Part shown: in pieces, positions 19,082 through 30,411 of the stretch
Layout: each line of letters starts with the position of its first letter
How positions within the stretch are numbered: the stretch's first letter is position 1
Assembly: GCA_034522175.1 (NCBI GenBank)
Contig: JAXHLQ010000001.1
Span: 4,529,685-4,593,684 of the forward strand
Reading direction: 5' to 3'
Length of the DNA stretch: 64,000 bases
From: Deltaproteobacteria bacterium
GTDB lineage: Bacteria > Desulfobacterota > DSM-4660 > Desulfatiglandales > Desulfatiglandaceae
Program-made: the position numbers and the translations under genes
Notes under the pieces: generated by a model
The model's input: only the letters and a program-made list of their open reading frames with translations
The model's database searches: none
Told to the model about the DNA's origin: nothing

Positions 19082-19456
19082 TTACCTCATGTGGCAGGAA
19101 TAACATTCGACCGGACCGCTCCCACTGTCTTTGTGGCACCCAATACATTGCTTGTGAAGGGCGTCGGATCGCTTGGGGGCATCCTCGCCATCCGATAAAT
19201 GACATTCTCCACAAGACGTCGGTCTTTCGCCTTCGTCTTCGAGCATGTGATGGCATGTGTTGCATTCGAATGCGTAACCGGCCTCGGAAAAATGCATGTT
19301 ATGATCAAACAGGACCTTTCCGCCTGTGGTTTTGTACATAATTCTTAAGGGATTTTCGGGTGTCTTTTTTGCGAAGGCCGTGTAGCAGAGGAGCCCTGCA
19401 ATGAACAGGACAACTGCCATGACGTAGCCAATCGTTTTTTGAGTGTTTGCGGCCAT
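19082..19456 (-). CDS. Membrane-anchored tetraheme c-type cytochrome (cytochrome c3-like); first gene of the rnf array.
   Basis: Four CxxCH motifs (CNTCH, CGECH, CIGCH, CYSCH) follow one N-terminal hydrophobic helix. The start is preferred at ATG 19454-19456 (MAANTQKTIGYVMAVVLFIAG...), with GAGGAG upstream. Confidence 0.8.
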   Translation of the reverse strand: MAANTQKTIGYVMAVVLFIAGLLCYTAFAKKTPENPLRIMYKTTGGKVLFDHNMHFSEAGYAFECNTCHHMLEDEGERPTSCGECHLSDGEDAPKRSDALHKQCIGCHKDSGSGPVECYSCHMR

Positions 19457-19790
19457 CCCGGCTGTCTCCTCAGATCTGTTGAATGGGCTGGAAATGTCCC
19501 AGGTTATGCGTACCCACATGCGAGTTGGGGTACGAAAGCCTTTTACAGACAAGCGTCCTTCTTTGTCAAGGGGGATTTGGGGTTATATTCAGTGAATCGT
19601 TATCGTCAGCCAATTCCTTTGCCGGGAGTGCGCCTTGACCACGGATGCGGACGACGGTTTTGCGGGTTGAAAATGACCTGGGGTTTTGATACATTCCCAC
19701 AACATCGATGTACGGCAGTCAGGGGAAGGGCAGGTAACTTGGCTTCCTCTAATGTGGGCGGAATCTTGTAACGGTTGAATGAACCTGTGA

Positions 19791-21266
<1,476 letters not shown>

Positions 21267-21274
21267 GGAGCCAA

Positions 21275-22831
21275 ATGAGAAACGATATCCACGTGGAACG
21301 TATCCTGATTCTGGATTTCGGTTCCCAGTACACCCAGCTCATTGCCCGGCGGGTTCGGGAGGCCAGCGTCTATTGTGAAATCCACCCCTTCAATATGCCT
21401 GTGGAGGAGATTGCCGAATTTTCCCCTAAGGGCATCATCCTTTCCGGGGGTCCCGCAAGTGTGTATGGGGAGGCGGCACCGCTCGCAGACCGGCGTATCT
21501 TCGATCTCGGCATGCCCATCCTCGGCATCTGCTATGGCATGCAGTTTATCACCCATATGCTGAGCGGAGAGGTTGCCCTCACGGGGGACCGGGAATACGG
21601 CAATGCGGTCATCTCTATTTTAAGGGAGAGCGACCTTTTTCGGGGCCTGGGAGATGATGGGGAGCGAATCGTGTGGATGAGCCACGGGGATCGCATCGAT
21701 CGGATGCCGGAGGGCTTTGAAGTTCTGGCCGAGAGTAAGAACAGCCCGGTTGCGGCCATGGGGAATCCGTCCAAGAAGTGGTTTGGTCTGCAGTTCCACC
21801 CCGAGGTGGCCCATACGCCGGATGGGTTCAGGATTCTGAAGAATTTTCTCTTCACCATCTGTGGATGCGAGGGGTCCTGGACCATGGCCTCTTTTGTTCA
21901 GAGCACCACGAAGGCCTTGAGAGATCAGATTGGAAATGATCGTGTGATCTGCGGTCTTTCAGGGGGTGTGGACTCATCGGTTACAGCGGTATTGCTGCAC
22001 AATGCCGTTGGAGACAATCTCTCCTGTATCCTGGTGGATAACGGCCTTTTGAGAAGAGGGGAGGCCAGGGAGGTCATGGACCTCTTCCAGGGGCACTATG
22101 GCATCGATCTGCATCTCGTGGACGCCTCAGAGCGGTTTTTAAGCTGTCTCAAAGGGGTTACGGATCCGGAGGAAAAACGAAAAATTATCGGACGCGAGTT
22201 CATTCATGTTTTCGAGGCAAAGGCTAAGGAACTGGGAAGCGCCCGGTACCTGGCCCAGGGCACCCTTTATCCGGATGTGATTGAAAGTGTGTCATTCAAG
22301 GGGCCGTCCGCCACCATCAAGAGCCACCACAACGTCGGGGGGCTCCCCGACATCATGAACCTGAAACTGATTGAACCCCTTCGGGAGCTGTTCAAGGATG
22401 AAGTTCGGGAGGTGGGCGCGGAATTGGGCCTGCCGAGAGATCTGGTCATGCGGCAGCCGTTTCCCGGGCCGGGCCTCGCTGTCAGAATTCTGGGCGAAAT
22501 CACAGAGGAGCGTTTGGAAATTCTGGGTCTGGCCGACGTCATTGTCACGGAAGAGATCCGCATGGCCGGTCTGTATGAGAAGGTCTGGCAGTCGTTTGCC
22601 GTCCTTTTGCCGGTCCGGACCGTCGGTGTGATGGGCGATGAACGAACCTATGAACATGTCATCGCCGTGAGGGTGGTGGACAGTCTCGATGCCATGACAG
22701 CGGACTGGTCAAAGATTCCTTATGAGGTATTGGGAAGGATCTCCAACCGGATCATCAATCACGTGAAAGGGGTCAATCGCGTGGTGTATGACATCTCTTC
22801 CAAACCGCCCAGTACCATCGAGTGGGAGTAG
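21275..22831 (+). CDS. guaA: GMP synthase (glutamine-hydrolysing).
   Basis: 518 aa with a GATase domain (GICYGMQ), the ATP-PPase motif SGGVDSSV and the C-terminal ...[11 protein letters not shown]. Confidence 0.95.
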   Translation: MRNDIHVERILILDFGSQYTQLIARRVREASVYCEIHPFNMPVEEIAEFSPKGIILSGGPASVYGEAAPLADRRIFDLGMPILGICYGMQFITHMLSGEVALTGDREYGNAVISILRESDLFRGLGDDGERIVWMSHGDRIDRMPEGFEVLAESKNSPVAAMGNPSKKWFGLQFHPEVAHTPDGFRILKNFLFTICGCEGSWTMASFVQSTTKALRDQIGNDRVICGLSGGVDSSVTAVLLHNAVGDNLSCILVDNGLLRRGEAREVMDLFQGHYGIDLHLVDASERFLSCLKGVTDPEEKRKIIGREFIHVFEAKAKELGSARYLAQGTLYPDVIESVSFKGPSATIKSHHNVGGLPDIMNLKLIEPLRELFKDEVREVGAELGLPRDLVMRQPFPGPGLAVRILGEITEERLEILGLADVIVTEEIRMAGLYEKVWQSFAVLLPVRTVGVMGDERTYEHVIAVRVVDSLDAMTADWSKIPYEVLGRISNRIINHVKGVNRVVYDISSKPPSTIEWE

Positions 22832-22868
22832 GGCCTTAGATTACGGATTCTGCTACCTTTTACTTACG

Positions 22869-22887
22869 CTGAGAGATAAACTCTCAG
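22869..22887. terminator. Perfect 7-bp hairpin between the convergent guaA and ABC ATPase genes; a possible bidirectional terminator with no clear U-tract.
   Basis: CTGAGAG-ataaa-CTCTCAG, read directly from the sequence. Confidence 0.3.
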
Positions 22888-22902
22888 ACTGAACGGGTAA
22901 GA

Positions 22903-23721
22903 CTAATGTCCGCGAGGGATCTCTCCCCCAGGAATGAATTTACGGGGAACCTGGGTGACCCGCTTAAATCTGCCCAAGGGGCTTTGATCCACCAGCAAGG
23001 GACAGTCGTAGGCCTTTTCCAGGGTCTGATAGGTGAGCACGTCATCCGGCACACCCTGACTGACCACCCCCCCCGCCTTCAACAGGAGTAACCGGCTGGC
23101 GTACATGGCTGCCAGGTTGACATCATGAGAGACCATGATGATGGTCAACTGGTCCTTTTCCTTCAATTTTTCCATAAGATCCATAACCCGGATCTGATGC
23201 CCGAGATCGAGAGCGGCGGTGGGTTCGTCGAGAAGTAGAATCCGAGGTTGTTGGCAGATGGCCCGGGCAATGGAGACCCGCTGAAGTTCTCCCCCGCTGA
23301 GGGTGTCTGCCCTCCGGTCCGCGAGATGCGCCACGTCGGTATAGGCCATGGCCGCTTCGGCAATGTCGCGATCGCTCTTTCGTTCGAGTCCCAGCACCCC
23401 GAGATGGGGCGACCGCCCCATGAGCACCACTTCAGCGACTGTAAATGGGAAATCCACGGTGGTGATTTGAGGAACAAAGGCGATGGTTTTTGCCAGACGG
23501 CGGCGTGACAGGCTTTCGGGCGATTTTCCCAGGATGTCTAACTCCCCCCGCTGCCGGGGGAGAATACCGGCGAGTATTTTGAGCAGCGTGGTTTTTCCCG
23601 ATCCGTTGGGTCCGATGATAATGAAAAAATCCTCCCTTTCCACGTAAAAGGTGATCTGTTTCAGGACGGGGTATTCTCCGTAGGCATGGTGAATATCTCT
23701 GACGTCAACGATTCGGGTCAT
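22903..23721 (-). CDS. ABC transporter ATP-binding protein, FecE/BtuD/HmuV family (iron-chelate or cobalamin type).
   Basis: Walker A GPNGSGKTT, signature LSGGELQR and Walker B ILLLDEP. Confidence 0.9.
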   Translation of the reverse strand: MTRIVDVRDIHHAYGEYPVLKQITFYVEREDFFIIIGPNGSGKTTLLKILAGILPRQRGELDILGKSPESLSRRRLAKTIAFVPQITTVDFPFTVAEVVLMGRSPHLGVLGLERKSDRDIAEAAMAYTDVAHLADRRADTLSGGELQRVSIARAICQQPRILLLDEPTAALDLGHQIRVMDLMEKLKEKDQLTIIMVSHDVNLAAMYASRLLLLKAGGVVSQGVPDDVLTYQTLEKAYDCPLLVDQSPLGRFKRVTQVPRKFIPGGEIPRGH

Positions 23722-24728
23722 CGTCCACTTCGCTTCAGAAGGATAATGAACAGAGGTGCGCCGATCATGGCGGTAATGACGCCGGCGGGCATCTCTCCCT
23801 GGTCCGGGAGGGTTCTCGCGAGCACGTCACAGAGAATCATGTAGGTCCCGCCGCTTAGAATGCAGGACGGTACGAGAATTCGGTGGTCCGGTCCGAGAAT
23901 GAGCCGCATGAGGTGCGGTATCACCAGCCCCACAAATCCGATGGGCCCACACTGGGAAACCGTGATACTGACCATGAGCGAGGTTACCACAAGAAGTTCC
24001 CCTGTCACCCATCGGATGTGGATGCCCATGGTGTGCGCGACTTCTTTTCCCATGAGAAGAACATTCATGGCATTCGAACGGAGAAAAATAAGGGCGCATG
24101 ACGGGAGGAGTATGCCCCCCAGGACCCATACATTTTTCATGGAACTCGTGGAAAGATCCCCCATGAGCCAGAAAATGATATTGTGAAGTCGGGCGTCGTG
24201 GGTGATGGAGATGAGGAACATGATCAATGCACCGCAAAAGGCATTGATCATGACCCCGGACAAAAGAAGCGTATTTCGCCTGACCATTCCCTGTCCCGAG
24301 GCCATGAGAAGAAGTAACAGAAGGGTTGCGACGCTCCCGGCAAATGCGGTGATGCCCACTCCCGGAAAACGGGATAGCCCGGCAAGTATCCCGAGAATGG
24401 CGCCGATGCCTGATCCGCTCGAAATACCCAGGATGTAGGGCTCCGCCAGGGGGTTTCGGAGCAAGGCCTGAAAAACCAGTCCGCCCACGGAAAGGGCGGC
24501 ACCCACCAGGGCGGCGACAAGGACCCGGGGCACGCGGATCTGCCAGATAATGGTTTGGATGGTTGCGCCTGCGTCGGCGGTTCCTGTGAGGGATTCAAAC
24601 ACATCTTTGAAACCAATGTGCGTGGATCCCAGGGATATCCCGAGAAAAACGGCTACCATCAAAACCCCCAGGAACAGTACCGATACCCTCAACAGACGGT
24701 GCAGTATGTAGGGACGGTTTTGGATCAC
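23718..24728 (-). CDS. FecCD/BtuC-family ABC permease.
   Basis: 336 aa polytopic protein with the typical FecCD sequence (...LLSGVMINAF...GPIGFVGLVIPHLMRL...). Confidence 0.9.
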   Translation of the reverse strand: MIQNRPYILHRLLRVSVLFLGVLMVAVFLGISLGSTHIGFKDVFESLTGTADAGATIQTIIWQIRVPRVLVAALVGAALSVGGLVFQALLRNPLAEPYILGISSGSGIGAILGILAGLSRFPGVGITAFAGSVATLLLLLLMASGQGMVRRNTLLLSGVMINAFCGALIMFLISITHDARLHNIIFWLMGDLSTSSMKNVWVLGGILLPSCALIFLRSNAMNVLLMGKEVAHTMGIHIRWVTGELLVVTSLMVSITVSQCGPIGFVGLVIPHLMRLILGPDHRILVPSCILSGGTYMILCDVLARTLPDQGEMPAGVITAMIGAPLFIILLKRSGR

Positions 24729-25681
24729 GGCGACCCCTCAAATCGTTCAGGATGAATTTTCATGGCAAGGGTTTCAAGAGCGTCCACAATGCGGGGGCTG
24801 GCCCGGTCAAAGAGATTGGAATCCACCACCAGGATTCGATGGTTTTTTACGGCGGGTAGATCAGACCATTTTTCCCAGCTTTTCTTAACCTCCTCAAAAT
24901 GCCCCCCCCTTGCCATGGAGGTGATGATGAGCACCTCGGGTGCCAGGGCCACGACCTGCTCCTGACTGAAACGGGGATAGGCTGTTGGGCCCCGGGCGAC
25001 ATTTTCACCGCCGGCCAGAACGATGAGTTCATGGATAAATGTGGGCGAACCCACTGAAATGATGGGGGTGATGCCGATCTGAAAAAAACAGTGGACGGTG
25101 TGATGCACCGGAAACGCGCGAGGAAATATGCCGGATTCGCCTGCGCATCTCCTTGACGATATCCACGGCCTTTTGCCGCGCATTTAGAATCTCCCCGATT
25201 TTGATGAGACTGTCCATCACCCCGTCCAGATTTCTCGGGTCCACCACATAGACCGGTATATTCAAGGCCTCGAGACGCGAAACAACCGCCTTCGGATTGC
25301 CGTCCTTGGTGGCGAAACAGAGATCCGGGTTCAATGCCACGATTCTTTCCAGGTCCAGATTAACGTAGGACCCCACTGATGGGAGACGCTTGGCTTCAGG
25401 CGGGAAGTCACTGAATCGGGTGACGCCCACGAGGCGTCTTCGCGGTTTAATGCGAAGACAATCTCCGTAATACTCGGCGCCAGCGATACAATCCGCCTCG
25501 GCCCATCCGGGAGGGTCACAATCCGTCCCACTTCATCGGAAATCTCCCGGGCATGTGTCTGAGAGCCGAATGGCAGTAACACCGTAAAGAGAAGAGTCAT
25601 CAGGAGATGAGTGGGGGTTATCGCGTATCTTGCTATAAATGGTATCGACATTTTGGGTACCTGTTGGGCGTTTGATGGCAA
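24725..25681 (-). CDS. BtuF/FhuD-like periplasmic substrate-binding protein, interrupted by two frameshifts (A7 run 25082-25088 and about 25434-25437).
   Basis: The fragments 25331..25681 (signal peptide plus RIVSLAPSITEIVFAL), 25029..25430 (LVGVTRFSDFPPEAKRLPSVGSY...) and 24725..25183 (VFFQIGITPIISVGSPTFIHELIVLAGGENV...) join after single-base corrections. An alternative start is M at 25651. Confidence 0.8.
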
Positions 25682-25752
25682 ACCTTAGACGGTTTCATGT
25701 CGTTTTTCAATTCCTTAGTGGGAGTACGCCGATCCCGGCGGCGGTTGAAGCA

Positions 25753-25795
25753 AAGGCGGATGAGCGGGTCTTGACCGGAAACCGCCTTATTTTTT
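25753..25795 (+). terminator. Intrinsic-terminator-like hairpin plus T6 tract on the plus strand, with no plus-strand gene upstream.
   Basis: AAGGCGG-(22 nt, with inner CGG/CCG pairing)-CCGCCTT followed by ATTTTTTG. Confidence 0.4.
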
Positions 25796-25797
25796 GC

Positions 25798-25826
25798 TTG
25801 CATTTCATAATGTTATTGATTATAAA
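25798..25826 (+). promoter_or_regulatory. Candidate sigma70-type promoter for the thrS leader.
   Basis: TTGCAT, a 17-nt spacer, then TATAAA, located about 250 nt upstream of the thrS ATG. Confidence 0.35.
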
Positions 25827-26013
25827 GAATACTTTACAGTGAAATTATTCGTCTGCCGTATCAGAAAGCGTGTGGCGTTATTATGGTGAGTGGAGAGGCC
25901 CTGGATGTAAACTCAGCGGATACCCGTTAAAAAAACCCGATTTTCGAGAGGGGCCTTTATCTTTTTTGTTGATCCGGAAACAATTGCGTATCTAAATTTT
26001 CGAAACAATCGAT

Positions 26014-26062
26014 AAGGCATCCTGAGGCGGAAGGTCGTGACTTTGGATGCCTTGTTTTCTTT
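26014..26062 (+). terminator. Terminator/attenuator-like hairpin plus U-rich tract, 15 nt upstream of the thrS start codon.
   Basis: AAGGCATCC-(22 nt)-GGATGCCTT followed by GTTTTCTTT. Confidence 0.45.
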
Positions 26063-26076
26063 AAAAGAATGGGACG

Positions 26077-27989
26077 ATGAAGACGTTTTCTGTTGGTTTA
26101 AAAGATAAACCCTCTATAGAAATCGAGGCGGATCGACTGTCGGCCGCAGACGCCCTCAAACGCTTAGAGGTGGGCGGTCTCGATCGTATCGTTACCGTAG
26201 GTGTAAATGGTGTGCTCCGTGATCTCTTTTATGAACTGGATGTCGATAGCGAGCTGGAGCCGGTATACTTACATTCTGATGAAGGCATGGAGATTCTCCG
26301 TCACAGTACCGCGCATGTGATGGCCATGGCCGCAAAAGCGCTCTTTCCCGGCATCAAGGTGACGATTGGGCCAGCCATAGCGAATGGTTTTTATTACGAT
26401 TTTGATTACGAAAGGCCCTTAAAGGAAGAAGACCTCCCGCGCATAGAAGAGAAGATGGAAGAGATCATCAAGGCGGATCTGCCGTTTACCCGCAAAGTGC
26501 TTTCCAGCGAGGCAGCCATTGATTTTTTCAGCGCCGAGGATGAGACCTACAAGGTTGAATTAATCGAAGATCTCGGGAGTGAGACGGTATCGCTGTACAG
26601 CCAGGGGGTTTTACCGACCTGTGTCGCGGGCCCCACATACCGTCTACGGGATTGATCAAGGCCTTTCGATTGACCCATGTGGCCGGCGCCTATTGGCGGG
26701 GGGATGAAAAGCGTCCCATGTTGAGCCGCGTTTACGGGGTGGCCTTCTCCGATCAGAAGCGCCTGAAGAAGCATCTTCATCAGCTTGAGGAAGCGAAAAA
26801 GCGAAACCATGTGAAACTGGGACCGAAACTGGGGCTGTTCAATACTTACGATGAGATCGGCGCGGGTATGATCGTCTGGCATCCCAAGGGGGCCATGCTG
26901 CGTCACATTTTGGAGAGCTTCGAAGTGGAGGAGCATCTCAAGCGGGGTTACGAACTGGCCAGGGGGCCGCAGATCCTGAAAACGGAATTGTGGAAAAAAT
27001 CGGGCCATTTTGAAAATTACCGGGAAAACATGTATTTTACCGAGATCGATGAGCAGTCCTATGGCATCAAGCCGATGAACTGCCTGGCCCACATGCTCAT
27101 CTACCGTTCGGAAATCCGGAGTTATCGGGACCTCCCTAAACGCTATTTTGAATTGGGAACGGTTCACCGTCACGAACGGTCCGGGGTGTTGAACGGCCTT
27201 TTTCGGGTCAGGGAGTTTACACAGGACGATGCCCATATCATCTGCACACCGGGTCAACTCGACGATGAGATTACCGGCGTGCTTGATTTCGTGAAAGATG
27301 TCATGGGTATTTTTGACTTTGATTACCAACTTGAAGTCAGCACACGCCCTGAAAAATCCATCGGATCAGATGAAGACTGGGAACTAGCCACCGACGCGCT
27401 CATCAAGGCCGTAAATGACAACCGTTTGAACTATGACATCAATGAGGGGGACGGCGCGTTTTATGGGCCCAAGATCGATGTCAAGCTCAGAGATGCGCTG
27501 GGGCGAAGCTGGCAATGTGCGACCATTCAGTGTGATTTTACGCTACCGGACAAGTTTGATCTGACCTACGTGGACAAAGACGGGGAACGGCACAGGCCGG
27601 TTATGATTCACCGGGTGATTCTCGGTGCCGTTGAACGGTTCATTGGTGTCCTCATCGAGCATTACGCCGGTGCGTTTCCGACCTGGTTGGCACCCGTACA
27701 GGCCGTTGTGCTCACCGTAACCGATCGAAATACGCCCTACGCCGAGAGCGTCAGGAGGCGTCTCGCGACGGCCGGAATTCGTGCAGAGGCGGATGTGAGA
27801 AACGAAAAGCTCGGGTTTAAGGTGAGAGAGGCCCAGGTACAAAAAATTCCCTATATGTTGATTATCGGGGATAAAGAGTGTGATAATCAGGAGGTAACCC
27901 CGCGATTGAGGAATGGTCAGAATCTATCCAGCATGTCGGTGGAGGCATTCATTGATCGCATCAAGGATGAATCGGAACAGAGGAGGTAG
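26077..27989 (+). CDS. thrS: Threonine--tRNA ligase, with a frameshift in the G5 run at 26604-26608.
   Basis: ORF 26077..26655 carries the TGS and editing-domain N-terminus (...[10 protein letters not shown]...LYSQG). ORF 26652..27989 carries the class II core and anticodon-binding domain. A sixth G gives [38 protein letters not shown]. Confidence 0.9.
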
Positions 27990-27994
27990 CAGCC

Positions 27995-28513
27995 ATAGCA
28001 AAGAAAACTGATGATGTCCGGATAAATGAACGAATTCAGTCCAAAACGATACGACTTATTTCCGCGGATGGAAATCAGGTCGGCATCGTTCCCCTGCACG
28101 AGGCGCTCAATGTGTCAAGGGAAGTGGGGTTGGATCTGGTGGAGGTGGCGCCCAATTCGGACCCACCGGTTTGCCGGGTGATGGACTACGGGAAGTTCCG
28201 TTATCAGGCACAGAAAAAGGCGCAGGAAGCGCGAAAGAAAAGCAAAGGCGGGCAACTCAAGGAGATCAAACTCCGGCCCCACACCGAGGAGCATGACCTG
28301 GGCTTCAAACTCAAGAATTTGAAGAAATTTCTGGAGAAGAAGAACAAGGTCAAGGTAACGGTTTTTTTCAGGGGCCGGGAGATGGCTTTCACGGAAGCAG
28401 GGGTTGAAATGCTGAATCACGTGGCCGAATCCATTGAGGATGTAGGCAGCGTGGAACAGCCGCCGACCCGGGAAGCCAAAAATCGAATGACCATGGTCAT
28501 CGTTCCTAAGTAA
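27995..28513 (+). CDS. infC: Translation initiation factor IF-3, apparently starting at a non-canonical ATA codon.
   Basis: The frame is open from 27971. The conserved N-terminus (..VRINERIQSKTIRLISADGNQVGIVPLHEAL..) lies upstream of the first canonical start (GTG 28112). AGGAGG at 27981-27986 sits 8 nt before ATA 27995. Confidence 0.75.
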   Translation: MAKKTDDVRINERIQSKTIRLISADGNQVGIVPLHEALNVSREVGLDLVEVAPNSDPPVCRVMDYGKFRYQAQKKAQEARKKSKGGQLKEIKLRPHTEEHDLGFKLKNLKKFLEKKNKVKVTVFFRGREMAFTEAGVEMLNHVAESIEDVGSVEQPPTREAKNRMTMVIVPK

Positions 28514-28762
28514 ACATTTTTCAGTATTTTGGCATCGCGCTCTGTTTGAATTCCCCCGCATCCATGCGCCTGAACGGGAGGTCTTCCATCATATTTTGTG
28601 TCTTAGCACCCTAACGGGGTTTCATGGAACGTATGGGTTTCTTTGCCGAGTGGTTTGACATTTTCAGGATACATTTTCATCAGGTGTAAGATTTAGACGA
28701 CGAAACCGTTTCTGTCATGTTGAATTGCAGACAGTTAGCGGAACCAATAAGGAGGGGTCATC

Positions 28763-28960
28763 ATGCCGAAGATAAAGACAAACCGTGGTGCGGCAAAGCG
28801 ATTTAAAACCACGGGATCAGGTAAAATCGTAAGGAATAAGGCCTTTGCCAACCATATCCTTACCAAGAAAAGCACAAAACGGAAACGGAATCTCAGAAAA
28901 TCGGGCCTGGTGGACGCCACCAATCAAAAACAGGTCAGCAGGCTGATTCCCTATTGCTAA
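28763..28960 (+). CDS. rpmI: 50S ribosomal protein L35.
   Basis: [24 protein letters not shown]..., with an AGGAGG RBS. Confidence 0.95.
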   Translation: MPKIKTNRGAAKRFKTTGSGKIVRNKAFANHILTKKSTKRKRNLRKSGLVDATNQKQVSRLIPYC

Positions 28961-28995
28961 TCTTATTAAAACAAAGCGTATGTTGAGGGTTTAAA

Positions 28996-29343
28996 ATGTC
29001 AAGGGTTAAAAGAGGCTCCAAGGCGAGGAAAAGACGAAACAAGGTACTGAAGGCGGCCAAGGGTTACCGCGGCGGGCTCAGTAAACAATTCAGAACGGCC
29101 GAAACGGCTGTCAGACGGGCCGGCAGGTATGCCTACCGGGACCGAAGAACGCGGAAGCGCGAGTTCCGTAAACTCTGGATCGTCAGGATCAACGCGGCGG
29201 CGAGGGAGAATGGACTTTCCTACAGCCGTTTGATTGGCGGGTTAAATAAAGCGGGCATTGTATTGGATAGAAAAGTGCTGGCCGATATGGCCGTCTACGA
29301 TCCTGCAGCGTTTTCACGGTTGGCGGAAATGGCGCAGGCCTGA
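28996..29343 (+). CDS. rplT: 50S ribosomal protein L20.
   Basis: [26 protein letters not shown]... Confidence 0.95.
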   Translation: MSRVKRGSKARKRRNKVLKAAKGYRGGLSKQFRTAETAVRRAGRYAYRDRRTRKREFRKLWIVRINAAARENGLSYSRLIGGLNKAGIVLDRKVLADMAVYDPAAFSRLAEMAQA

Positions 29344-29364
29344 TCAAACCGGTTACTGGCGTGA

Positions 29365-30375
29365 ATGATGAAAGCGCGACTCCTTGCACTTGAAAAGGCT
29401 GCGTCTGCACGAATTGAAGAGATCGACGACCTTTCGGAACTCGAGAACTTCAGGATCAAATACCTGGGCAAGAAAGGCGAACTCACCGCCTTAATGAAAG
29501 ACGTGGGAAAACTCCCGCCGGAAGAACGTCCCGAGATTGGAAAACTGGCCAATCTCGTCAAGGGAAATTTAACCTCCCGTTTCAAACAAGCCGAGCAAAT
29601 CCTGAAATCAGAAGGGGATCAGAAAAGGGTCTTTCTCGATGTGACGCTGCCGGGAAGGAAGCCGCCCCTGGGGCATTTGCATCCGATTACGGCCATCGTG
29701 AAAGAAGTCTGTCGCATTTTTTCCAAGATGGGCTTCAGGATTGTTAAAGGTCCCAATGTGGAGTTGGATTATTACAATTTCGAGGCCTTGAACATTCCCA
29801 AAGATCATCCCGCCAGGGATATGCAGGACACCTTCTACATCTCGGAAAATGTGGTCCTGCGGACCCATACGTCGCCCATTCAGGTCCGTGTCATGGAAAA
29901 AGCGTCCCCGCCGGTGAGCGTTATCGCCCCCGGAAAAGTCTACAGGCGGGATTCGGATGTCTCCCATACGCCCATGTTCCATCAGGTGGAAGGTCTTCTC
30001 GTGGACAAGGGCGTTACGTTTGGTGATTTGAAAGGGACGCTTACCGGCTTTGTGCATCAGATGTTCGGAAAACAAACCCCGCTTCGATTCAGACCCAGTT
30101 TTTTTCCTTTCACAGAGCCCAGTGCCGAGGTGGATATCGGTTGCGTATTGTGCGGTGGGGAAGGCTGCCGTACGTGCGCTCACACGGGGTGGCTCGAAAT
30201 TCTGGGTTCGGGCATGGTCGATCCGGCGGTATACCGCTTTGTCGATTATGATGCAGACACCTATTCGGGCTTCGCCTTTGGCATGGGCATTGAGCGGATC
30301 GCCATGCTGAAGTACGGCATCGATGACATTCAGCTTTTTTTTAAAAACGAAATGCGCTTTTTGAGGCAGTTTTAG
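29365..30375 (+). CDS. pheS: Phenylalanine--tRNA ligase alpha subunit.
   Basis: 336 aa with class II motifs (...HPARDMQDTFY..., ...FRPSFFPFTEPSAEVD..., GFAFGMGIERIAM). Confidence 0.95.
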   Translation: MMKARLLALEKAASARIEEIDDLSELENFRIKYLGKKGELTALMKDVGKLPPEERPEIGKLANLVKGNLTSRFKQAEQILKSEGDQKRVFLDVTLPGRKPPLGHLHPITAIVKEVCRIFSKMGFRIVKGPNVELDYYNFEALNIPKDHPARDMQDTFYISENVVLRTHTSPIQVRVMEKASPPVSVIAPGKVYRRDSDVSHTPMFHQVEGLLVDKGVTFGDLKGTLTGFVHQMFGKQTPLRFRPSFFPFTEPSAEVDIGCVLCGGEGCRTCAHTGWLEILGSGMVDPAVYRFVDYDADTYSGFAFGMGIERIAMLKYGIDDIQLFFKNEMRFLRQF

Positions 30376-30411
30376 GGTCGTTGGTTTCCAAAGACGATTG
30401 AAGGATCATCA

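Noticed and set aside
25682-25860. A possible cobalamin riboswitch upstream of the btuF-like ABC operon (minus strand).
   Set aside because: I could not find the B12-box (GCCACTG-like) or the conserved GGTG..AATCC core on the minus strand. The leader also seems too short. The transporter could equally be iron-chelate or heme type. An Infernal scan would settle it.
25841-26076. A T-box leader for thrS.
   Set aside because: A terminator-like hairpin is present, but I see no recognisable T-box sequence (GGGTGGTACCGCG-like) and no clear specifier loop presenting a Thr codon.
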